DNA of 63,559 nucleotides, filler included, from Reticulomyxa filosa (lineage: Eukaryota > Protista > Foraminifera), in the NCBI GenBank assembly GCA_000512085.1. It is 18 parts of 18 records of this genome, joined end to end, with 100 filler letters (N's around TTAATTAATTAA, not from the genome) between each part and the next. Parts side by side here need not be neighbours in the genome. Positions count along the whole stretch, not along the records: positions 20,538 to 26,805 come from ASPP01022953.1; positions 26,906 to 29,735 come from ASPP01027795.1; positions 29,836 to 30,866 come from ASPP01042287.1; positions 30,967 to 35,046 come from ASPP01028037.1; positions 35,147 to 50,783 come from ASPP01006197.1; 13 more parts are not named here. One strand, 5' to 3'. Both the position numbers and the translations under genes were made by a program. Under the pieces are notes generated by a model. It saw only the letters and a list, made by a program, of their open reading frames with translations, had not been told where the DNA came from and ran no database searches. Position 1 is the first letter of the stretch. The number at the start of each line of letters is the position of its first letter. Shown here one piece after another: positions 24,901-36,182 of this stretch.

Positions 24901-26800
24901 ATGGAAGAAAAATATCCAGAGGAAACCCGTGTTAATGAAACCTCAAAAATAAGTGCAACAAACAAAAAACTAAAGCGATATTACCAATCACAAAACAAGC
25001 TAATTCCATTATTTGATGATCTTGGACAACATATTGATTTGCTACATTCAATTGGCTCTTTTGACTCAGCGGCAGTTTCAACAACAAAAAGATAAAATGA
25101 AAAACAATCAAGAAACGCAAAAAAGTAAAGAAAAGAAAATAAAAAATGGCTAAATTCACTAGACTATTCATATTCCTTTGAGAAAAATTGTAAATCTTTT
25201 TCATCACATAAATGATGATGATGATAAAAGTAATAATGATATTGAATACTTATGGTCAGCCGTTATCAATGAATTACACATTTCACAATGGGATACAGAC
25301 GATACTAAATACATTATATATTCAACAAATGAATTATTACTATTAGATGGATTTGATGAAATTCAAATGAAATTGAAAAAAACGACCTTTTAAAACAATG
25401 ACTGCAATATTGCACCTTAAATAAAAATTATTGTATAATAATCGCAAGTGGACCCAATGCAACATGTTTGTATCTAAACAATCCAAGAATGTTAAATATC
25501 ATTGGATTTCAGTCACAAGACATTCAAAATTATGTTTGTTATTATTTTAAAAATATTAATGCTAACAATGAATCAGATGTATTAATAAAAAAATTGAATA
25601 ATAATCCATCTTTGTATTTGAGATTATTTTGTTATTTATCAAGACAAAATAAATCATCTTCATCAAATAATGATAAATGGGATGAAATGGCTCTTTCAAA
25701 ATTATATGAGACATTGTTGAAAAGTTATATGAAATGGAATTGGATGAAGTCAAATGATTGAATAATAAATTAAATGAAGATAAGATATTTAATAAGTTTG
25801 AAATGGAAATGAATTATTTATCACAAATTTCGTGGAAAGGATTAAAATGTGAACAAGCAATTATTCCTTGTGAAATTCAATAAAAAGTATTAAAATGTTA
25901 TTAACAACAAATATTAACGTAAAGATATATCAGTGATATCTCAATGGTTTCGAATCAATTCATTTAGATTTGTTTAAGGACAAGAATCAAAATTAAAGGG
26001 TGAATCACAACCAAATGATGTAATATATTTCCCTCATTTGACATTTCAAGAGTGGCTTGCTGCTTATTATTTAGTTAAATATTTATATGAATCAAATGAA
26101 TCAAAAGAACATGAACAAGTATGTTTAATTTTGATGAATGAACCACTCAATAGATTAAATAGTAAAAACAAATATTAATATATTGATAAATATACCTGTT
26201 TACTTAAAGGAATTGCAGAAAGATTGGACGAAAAACAAATCAATATTGCATTGAATTGTTTAATAAATAAGTTAAATGATAGGAAGGAATATTGAAATAT
26301 TTATATCAAGTGAATTGAATTACTTAAAGAAATTTTAAATAAATGTAATGAAAAACAATTAAATAAAATATTCTACACTTCAATGGATATATTTAATAAT
26401 AAAAATAATAATGTGGATGTGCGTATAAAGTGTGCAGAATTACTTAGGACAATTGCAGTAAAAGTAATGCCTTTCACTTGTTTGATAAATAGATTAAAAG
26501 ATAGTGATTATCCTGTTCGCAAAAAAAATGGAATGAAAAACAATTGGATATTACTTTTCAATGTTTAATGGATTTCAAAATATAAATGAGTATCATTGTG
26601 ATATATCCAGAGATTTATTTAGAGAAATTATGATACAATTGAATAAAATGCAAATCGATGCTCTTTTTACGTGTCTAATCAACGGAATCAAAGATAAAGA
26701 TAAAGAATATTGTTATTTCTCTCAATGAAATTAAATCAAAAGCAATTGTATAATATCTTCGAATGTTTGAATGGATCGCTTCCTGAAAGAAAATAACTTG
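24901..26800 (+). pseudogene. NACHT (STAND NTPase) plus HEAT-like repeat pseudogene
   Basis: Walker B LLLLDGFDEI, sensor-1-like IIIASGPNA, IIGFQSQDIQNYV, winged-helix YFPHLTFQEWLAAYYLV, HEAT-like VDVRIKCAELLRTIA. No Walker A visible; many stops and frameshifts. Confidence 0.88.
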
Positions 26801-27760
26801 ATTAANNNNNNNNNNNNNNNNNNNNNNNNNNNNNNNNNNNNNNNNNNNNTTAATTAATTAANNNNNNNNNNNNNNNNNNNNNNNNNNNNNNNNNNNNNNN
26901 NNNNNAAAAAAAAAAAAGAAACTTGATTAACTCTGCATTGATTTTGTCCAAAAATGAAAACAAACTGCTCTTAATAAAGAAAGAAATCAAGTATTAATTT
27001 CTTTCTCCTTTCTTTCGCCGTTTTAATTTTTCTAATATTAGCTCGTGAACTTTTTGCTACCTTTGAGACAAACGTTGTTTTACTGGATGTACTGATGAAT
27101 TTAACTTGTTTGCGAATCTATCCATAATTTTATTATAAAACTTTTTCTACGCTTACTTATACCTAAATAGTTATATGTTATTTACACATTGTTCAAGTAA
27201 GTAATCTATACACTTGCTAAAGCAACTTGAAAAACAATGCATACGTTTTCTCTTGAAAAATAAATTGTATTTTAATTCTTCATTATTTGTACATTTCTAA
27301 CACTTGCACCGCACGTTTATATGAACACAAAATCTTGGAAGTAAGCTATTCAAAATTATTTGTGATGGTTTATTACTAGCTTCTTTTAAAAAATGGACAT
27401 CTGACAAAGAAAAATAAAATGCTCAATTGTTTGTGTTCGTCCGAAGTTGTTATTCGCTTTGATTTCTACGTTGTTTCTTTTGTTAAAGACATGTGCAGTG
27501 ACGATAATATATGCTATCACTTGTACATCAATTTTTTATTGTTTATCCAAATTAAAGTAAAAAAATTGTAACTGGTTTTTAATGCGATATTAATAGTCAG
27601 TTGGCGTTTATTTTAGGAATGTCAGATGAGATATTAGAATATGTGTATGTGACAGAAATTCAAAAAAAAGGAAAGACTGTTTCGCACTACACTGTAAGGT
27701 TAAAAAGGAAACACAAAAAGCGCAATAATAAATCAAACACAGTCATAAAAATTATAGCAA

Positions 27761-29700
27761 ATGGATATCAAATTGGACACTTTGGAATATGACGTAATAA
27801 TATTAGGAACTGGCTTGGTGGAATCGATAATCTCTTAGTTAATATTTCTCAAATTTGTGTTGACCGAAACGGAAATGTGACAAGAGTATATTCACAAAAA
27901 GAAGCAGGACAAGAGTGTACACATGTCACACATACAAATAGCGCGTATGCACGTGCGGGAAAAAGGTATTGCATGTGGATCTCACTTTGCAAATATGATA
28001 AGAAGCATTACGAGCTGTATATTTCAGATCACAACAGGGAGTTATTGGAGCTGCACTCATGTGGAGGACGAGATAAAAAAGCATCATCTACTGGTGGAGA
28101 ACCAGAAGAAGAAGCGAAGCACAAAGAAGAATTTTTCGTTAAAAGAAGTGCAAAGTTTGTGTGTATTTTATGTTGTTGTTTTTTTTTTTGAACTCAAAAA
28201 AAGGGGAACACATACACACCAAAAAAAGCATTGATAGGAAATGAAGACATTGATCACATTGGAATGGAATATCTGAGTAATGCAAAATCGAAATGGAATG
28301 TGTATGGAAACTTTGAATGGAAAGATTTCGGACCGGACTTGAAAGAGCTGATCATCCAAAGAATGAAGGAAAACGGACGATGCTCCCCTTGCTACGAATC
28401 AATCACAATCCAATTTCATTTCAAATGAAAATGAAAATGAAAATAAAGATTCAAAAGAAAAAGAAAAAGAAAAAGAACATTTGACTGAAAATTTAAATGA
28501 GATCCAATATGTGGAGGATATGAAACAGGTGATTGAAATGTATGAAAATAAAAATCGCCAAATATCAATCGATTTGATCCCCAATTTGATGTATGCGAAC
28601 GAGCCTTTCGTCGACATCTTGATGCGCTCTCAAGTATCTCGCTACGTTGAATTTCGTGGCGTCGTTCATAATTTTGTTTTTTTCGATGATAACAAGCCTT
28701 CCAAAGTTTATAATACTTTTCTTTGTATTGAACTTTTTTGGTTTTGAAATCCCCCCCTCCCTTTTTTTTTTTTGTTCTTCCCCCTCCTCCAATGACCAAA
28801 GGTTCCATTACCCAAAGGAGAAGTATTTGACAGCAAAAGACCTGGGCATGCATGAAAAGCGGCAGTTGATGAAATTCATGCACGGCGTTTTGGACGACAG
28901 TTCAAATCCGACCAATCAAATGGCCATTGACTTGCATTAGCAAAGCGTGCAATAACCTTTCATCGACGTTATGGATCAGCAGCAATTGTCGATTAAAATC
29001 CAAGATTTCATTAAATATGCTTTAGCTTTTTTAGATAATCTATCAGGCATTTTAAATAATTCAATACACAATACAATATATATGTATATATTGCATTGTG
29101 TCTATTTTTATTAAATAAGAGAGGATAGAGAGAGGAATAATGATAAAAAAAAAGATTGTTCGACTGTCGCAGAAATGCTGAGACGCTTGCAACTGTACTT
29201 TCAATCGATGGGCTGCTTTTGCGATAGTGCGTTTTTGTTTCCACTCTACGGATGGAGCAAGGCTTTTGCATACGAAAACAGAGCAAGAAGTGAAAGCGCG
29301 GAACACATTGAAAAAGAAAACATGAACAAAGGTTTCGAAGTGTCAACACACAACACATCCTCGCAATGTCTTTGTCGTTTGAGATTTAGACGACACTTTG
29401 AGCTATTAAAACGTTGTTCAGCAGGTAATTTTTCTTTTCTTTTTTTTTTGATTGGCTTCATTTTTTTTTAAAAAAAGGTACAACAACTGTTCCAAAAAAT
29501 GTATAGTGATGAACCATTTTTGGCTCGGAGCTCAAATGACCAATCTTCAGCTGCAGATGAAGCTTTTGACGCTTTGCGAGAGGATGTGGGTGCACCTGCT
29601 GAACAAGACGTTGAAATCATACCCACTACAAATGAATCCGAATAGTCACTCTATTCTATCTTTCTATCCTTCCAATTTCTCTGTCGGCTGTTTTTTTTTA
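27761..29700 (+). pseudogene. Rab escort protein (REP/CHM-like, GDI superfamily), disrupted
   Basis: YDVIILGTGLVESII, AYARAGK/KVLHVD, long acidic insert typical of REP, ISIDLIPNLMYANEPFVDILMRSQVSRYVEFR, LGMHEKRQLMKFM, LQLYFQSMG..SAFLFPLYG. Frameshifts present. Confidence 0.85.
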
Positions 29701-30966
29701 GAGTAAAGTTTTGTCAACATTACAACAATCAACATNNNNNNNNNNNNNNNNNNNNNNNNNNNNNNNNNNNNNNNNNNNNTTAATTAATTAANNNNNNNNN
29801 NNNNNNNNNNNNNNNNNNNNNNNNNNNNNNNNNNNTTCATAAACAGAAATTTGTTCATCTTTGATAATACTACAAAGTTGGTACATTTCTTTTTTGTGTA
29901 GAAGAAAACATGTAAATATAGAGTGAGTAGAGTGTGGTGTAAACAACAAATTGTGCAACAATATATATACATAAAAATTAGACGTAACATGGTTAAAACC
30001 AAATTGAAAGAAATGTATCGCACGTTTACTTGAAGTCCTTTAAATCTATTTTCATTCTATAAATTGATGGAACTTCTGACAAACAAAATTCTTGCTGACG
30101 TTGTTCGCTCGTTGTTCAAATATACATTGTTCATTATTCAAAATAATGCATTACTATTTTAATGCTTTTGAAATAAAATTTTTGTGGGAAATACGGTTGC
30201 AATTTGTTCGTATCAGCAACATATGTTGATCATCTTTCACTTCTGGTATGAACGCAAGTGTATAGTTAACATAATGGAGCAACAGACTGCAAAAGGTTAA
30301 AGATTGTGAATGACAATTATTCATTTGATGGATATAACAAAGAGCTTTAATACTTTCTCTTTAAAAAAACAGACATACATAAGCCAAAAGATATGATGTA
30401 AACAAGTGGACTGCAAGCTTGTTGTTTCTATTAAAAATACAGGTATTACACATTCGAAAATAAAAAAGGGAAAAAAGTTCCATTTTGAAAACTGTGACAA
30501 ATGAAAAACAATAATGAGATTTCTGGGTTTCAAAATTGGAACCATTATGTGAGATGACAAAAAAAGCACAAATAGCAACATTGCGTACAAAAAAAAACAG
30601 TATCATAGATATAAATAAAATTTGGGCTAGATCCTTTTTGTTGAATTTTCTGTTCAACAAATTTTTGGACAAACTGACAAAAAAATTTGAAGCGAGTATC
30701 ATGAAATAGTTTTATTTAACAATTTCTATTACATTTTATTGTATATTTTCCATAACTCTTGCAAAAAGATTTCTAAATTGAGGTAGAATTTCATAATATT
30801 AATTCGTCCACCTATTTTTGATTTAAGAATTTATATGTTTTTTTTAAATCTATTGTAGAGAACCTGNNNNNNNNNNNNNNNNNNNNNNNNNNNNNNNNNN
30901 NNNNNNNNNNTTAATTAATTAANNNNNNNNNNNNNNNNNNNNNNNNNNNNNNNNNNNNNNNNNNNN

Positions 30967-32749
30967 TTTGTTGTACCACTTGAAAAAAATGCAATAATTG
31001 TACCATCTGGCGAAAAATGTGCTGTGTCTATATTGTTTGCATGTCCTTCCAATTTTTTAATTTCAATACCAGATTCTACATCCCATAAACGGATAGTATC
31101 GTCAAGTGAACAAGACAAGATCATAGTCCCATCTGGTGAAAATAGCACTTCGTTAATATGGCCTGAATGTTTTTTTAATTGTTTAACTATTTTTCCTGAG
31201 TTTACATCCCATATTCGGATTATTTTGTCCCATGATGCTGTGACAAATTTTTGGCCATCTGGTGAATATTGTACCATATGCAAATGGCCTCCTTTACAGT
31301 TAATTTCTTTTAAAAATTGAAAATATCTCAACTATTGTATGTTATTATGATAATAATGGCGTTATCATTTATAAAATAAAATAAAATAAAATAAAATATA
31401 CAATCACAAATATTATACCAAAACATATTTTGAAGTGATAATGTTAAAATCATGAATCCATCCAATCTTGATAGACAATGATCGAATCCAATACTCGAGT
31501 ATTTTCTTTATTTCATTTTTTTTCTATTACAAAATAATTTTGTTCATAAATAACATAATAAAAATAAAAATAAAATAAAAACTCGATTTAATGCTTTGAT
31601 CAAAGTGCTTGAATCCAATTTTTTCATTTGTTCAATTATTATCTTTTCTTGTTCTTTCGCTATTTTTTGTATTTCTTTTTCTTTATCTGTTTTTATCATT
31701 TCTTTTATTTTCATTTTTATGTGTGCTGATACAAGCGCGTAATCATAATAACCACCTAAAACATGCACGAACTGATTATCTTCATTTAATGTCGCAACAC
31801 AACAACTTAATGGAATAGGCAATGCTTGGTCAAGTGTTACACATCTTTCTTCTGATATAGTATATTTATATATTTTATTTGAAATATTTTCATTTGGAAT
31901 AAGATCATGATCAGGGCCAAAATTATCTAAAATACCATTCCATCCACCAAAAAATAGAACAAAATCATCAATATGAACATAAGCATAATAACTGATTGAT
32001 GTAATATTTGAAAGAATACGTATTTTATGAAATTCAAATTTATTATCATTTTCATTATATAAAATTGATAATATTGTTTCATAACAAAATAATAACATTC
32101 GATTATTATTTTTCCTTTTTATAAAACAATGATGATGTATATCATTACCTGCTGGTAAATTGCTATGATTAATATATCGATGTGTATTTAAATTAAATAC
32201 ATCAATATTATTTGGATAATATGTTATAAATAATAAATTATTTTTTTTTCCACCTATTATCGCACGCATTCCATCATAATTATCTTTTTTTCTTCCAATA
32301 AATACTTTATTGTTGTTATGATCAACCAACTGTAACCATCTATTTGTAAGTTTTGTCTTTTTTGTTTTGATAGCACTTTTATTTTTATCTTCATCCCAAA
32401 CACTTACGTAGTCCATAAATAATGTATGTTTTTCATGTCCACCGAAAGATAACAATTTAATTCCATTTTTTTTCTTTCGCCATTCTAATACACAATGTCC
32501 TTGTAATCCAACATTAATTGGATAATAATTTATAACTTTGTACTCATCTTTAATTGTGTCATAGGAATAACAATTTCTTTCTTCGAAACCTCCACAAATT
32601 AATATTTCTGAATTATATATTACGCATTGACCTTGAAAAACTGGATAAGGTAAAGAAGCCAATGTTTCAGGAAGGGTTGATGTAGTTTGAATTGGGACCT
32701 CCTTTGGAGCAATATCAAGCATTTCAGGTTGTTTGACTTGAAGTTCCAT
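30967..32749 (-). CDS. Kelch-like propeller + WIR..GWI motif + WD40 fusion protein (3' truncated)
   Basis: Exons 32749-31583 (ILICGG, LLSFGG, AIIGG, VLFFGGWNG, VHVLGG), 31523-31419 (KKNEIKKILEYWIRSLSIKIGWIHDFNIITSKYVL) and 31331-30967 (YSPDGQKFVTASWDKIIRIWD...). Both GT-AG introns are phase 0 and the join is in frame. Confidence 0.85.
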
Positions 32750-33157
32750 TCGTAGAGTTATTAAAATAGATTATAAAAAAGGCTGTCAAGTTTTGACAAG
32801 GGAGAAAAACTTAGAAACTGGCACTGACACAATTCGTTGTTGACTATTTGGTAAAAATACATCTTACATATTTTACTCCTTTTAAAAAGGAATTTATAAG
32901 TAAAGAGTATTTTTTTGTTTGAAGCAAATGATTGAAGGTAAGAAAAGTCGAATATTTAATACTTTTTACTTTCTTCTGATCATAGTATTGTCTTTTTTCA
33001 TTTACATATTAAAAAACTTCAATGGTTATAAATATTTTTAAAAAAATTAGGACAAAATGTTTGTTTTTTTATGGGGAAATCGATTATCTTCATATAGTAG
33101 CATAATAGATGGGCCATTTTCCCTACAAACTACTGTATTTTATTAAAAATATAGCTA

Positions 33158-34290
33158 CTAACCCCAAATATAAATGGGACCCCTTAATGAACCACAACAC
33201 GTACTAATATTATTATAATGATTATTAACTTTACTTTTCTTTTTAATTGTAAAAATTGAATAGAATATATTGCCAGATCGAATGTCCCATAAACAAACAC
33301 TATAATCATTTGATCCGGATAATATTGTATTAATTTCTTTTTCATTTGATCCATATTTTATACTTCTTACATAATGTTGATGTCCTTTAAATAAAATCAA
33401 TTGTTTAGTTGTTTCAATATCCCATATGCGAATAGTTTTATCTAATGACCCAGAACAAATTGTATAATTATTATTAATTTGTGATGGTGAAAGATTAACA
33501 CACCAAACAGGATCTGCTGTCCATTAAAAATATGTAATGATTTATATGTTTCAATATCCCATAAACGTATTGTATTATCACTTGATCCAGAGCATAAATA
33601 TCTACCATTATTAAATGATGAAAATTCAATACCACAAACACTGCCAATATGTTTATTAAGTATTTTTAATTGTTCATTATCTTTAACATCCCAAAAACGA
33701 ATTGTATTATCATATGATGAAGAACAAATAACATTACGATAATATTTATTATTATGATATGGTGAAAATTTTACACAATATACCCAATGTGAATGTCCAT
33801 TAAATGATTTAACTTGTTTATTTGTATTAATATTCCACACACGAACTGTTGAATCATATGATCCAGAACAAATTAGTTCTTCGTCATTGAATATTGAGTA
33901 ATCGATACTATTTACAAAACTAGTATGTCCAATCAAAGTTTTGATTAATTTTGATGATGAACGAAATGTATCAAATATAAAAACAATAGTTGCCTGTATT
34001 AAATATATCAATTGTGCTTATAAACAAAATTTAATATTAAAGAAAAACATAACATAATTGACAACAATTTTGTCAAGATCATAAATCCATCCTAATTTAA
34101 TATTTAATATTCGAATCCAATATTGAATAATTATCCGTGTCTCTTTTTCTTCTTCTTCTTCTGGCTATTTTTTTCACAAGTCACTATTAACTTTTTTGAA
34201 AAAACAAAACGAAACTTACAAGTGGTAGTTGTGTTAAAGTTTGCGTTTCTTTGAAATGATTAAGATCTAGCAAAACGTGTTTACTAGAAA
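33158..34290 (-). pseudogene. WD40-repeat gene with N-terminal WIR..GWI exon, frameshifted in 3' half
   Basis: Exon 34164-34054 PEEEEEKETRIIIQYWIRILNIKLGWIYDLDKIVVNY, then GHTSFVNSID..ICSGSYDSTVRVWN and further repeats. Frameshift near 33515, deletion near 33270, ends PIYIWG*. Confidence 0.9.
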
Positions 34291-35197
34291 AAAATTTTTG
34301 TTTTTTTTAAAAACGCATTAAAGCCGCAAAAATCACAATCTGATCCCATATCATGGCAAACATAAAAGATTTTAGGTAATCTTCATACATTGTCGTATAA
34401 TTCTTACTGCTTGTAAAGCTTTTTTTGAATTCTTTCTGCGTGCTAAATTCTGCACACCAACAATCATGTGTTTTTCTTTTACTTACAAGTTTTAGCCGAG
34501 AAATCAAATAAGGGATTTAATCAAAAAAAAACGTGAACAAAAATCTTGTATCACTTTTTCGAATGAGTATTTTAGACAATTCTAATAGCACAGTTCAACA
34601 AAAAAAGGACATTGGCTAATTTTGTGCAGAAATTTGAAGCAAATTATAAATATTTTTACAAAAAAACACAAAACCTGTTAGGAGGATGAAAAGGATAATT
34701 TTTTAGCGAGTACGCGAATTCGTTCCATTGAAGTTTAGTGATATGAAGACTGAAAAGATCTTCTTTGTTGGTATGCTTTAAACAATTTTTTTTTGTCAGA
34801 TAAAAGTATTTCGCATTAAAAAAAAAGTGGACAAAATCAGAAAAATTATTTCGATTTTTAGAATGGAGTGAAATGAAATCGAAAATGACATATATGCAAG
34901 TAAAGCAGATACTAGCCTGTGTATTTGAATGTTTTGGAAAAAGTGGCAAATTGGAACAATTGAATGCATGGTTGGACGATTCATTGCAGTGGTACCGACT
35001 GAAAAAAGACATGGAGCCAAAGCGTATACGTATGTTTGCGACTCAANNNNNNNNNNNNNNNNNNNNNNNNNNNNNNNNNNNNNNNNNNNNTTAATTAATT
35101 AANNNNNNNNNNNNNNNNNNNNNNNNNNNNNNNNNNNNNNNNNNNNCTCTCTCTCTCTCTCTTTCTATCTTTTGCAATGCTTCTTTTTGTATAGGTC

Positions 35198-36151
35198 AAT
35201 GCCTCCTCTAATCACAAATCGATCAAATGGACATTTCAAAAGCAAAAACAATAAACCGGACAAGCGCAGAATCCCCTTTCTGGACATGTCCGCATTACTC
35301 CACCACAATGACAATCTCGAACGACAGAGTAGGAAAAAAGAGCGAACCAAAGAGAGTGCACATCAATACACGAATATAAAAAAGTCTAACGCAAATGCAT
35401 CTTCTTTTCTTTCTTCATCTCGCTCTCGTTCCCGTTCCCATTCTCATTCTCATTCTCATTCCCACTCTCGTTCTCGTTCGTCTTCACGCTCACGCTCACA
35501 CTCACGTCCCAATTCGCACATACGCTCTCCTTCGCGCTCACATTCCTATTCGCGCTCGCACTCTTCACGCTCGCGCTCACACGAACCGAAAAATCAGTAT
35601 CCCCATCGCGATTTGATCACTGTCCTTCCAAAAACAAAGTCACTGCGGCTGCTCTGCTTGCAACAGACGTCTGAATGCTAGAAGTACCAATGCATGTGCG
35701 AACGCGCATGCATCACGCAGTTGGCTTCGACAGCGAGTCGGATCGCAGATCACGTCCGAGTCGGAAGAGGACAAGCGAAGAGTGCGGGGATATTCGCATA
35801 GCTATTCCGCGAGACAAGACTATGATACAAGGAAATGGATCGGCCATCCAAGACCACCCGTGCAATCCAAATGGAGTGATCATTGGAACATGGACAACGA
35901 TTGGGAGGCCCACTGTCTAGGCTATGGCAATGACAATCGTCATCGTCCCAGTCGTTATAAATATCGCCATCATCGTCGTGAAGAAGAAGAAGAAGAAGAA
36001 GAAGACGAAGAGTTTGAGAGTGGTCGTCGTCATGGTCATGACAATGATAGTGTGAATGCTGAAAATAATGACGACGATATAATTGAAGATAGGTATTATT
36101 TTGGAGCAGAAGAACAAGAACAAGAAGAAGAAGAAGAAGATAATGAAGAAG

Positions 36152-36182
<31 letters not shown>

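Noticed and set aside
29836-30866. Possible gene on this small contig
   Set aside because: Only short broken frames with no recognisable motif.
34650-35046. Possible transposase or recombinase start at the contig end
   Set aside because: Coding-like but short, with no catalytic motif visible.
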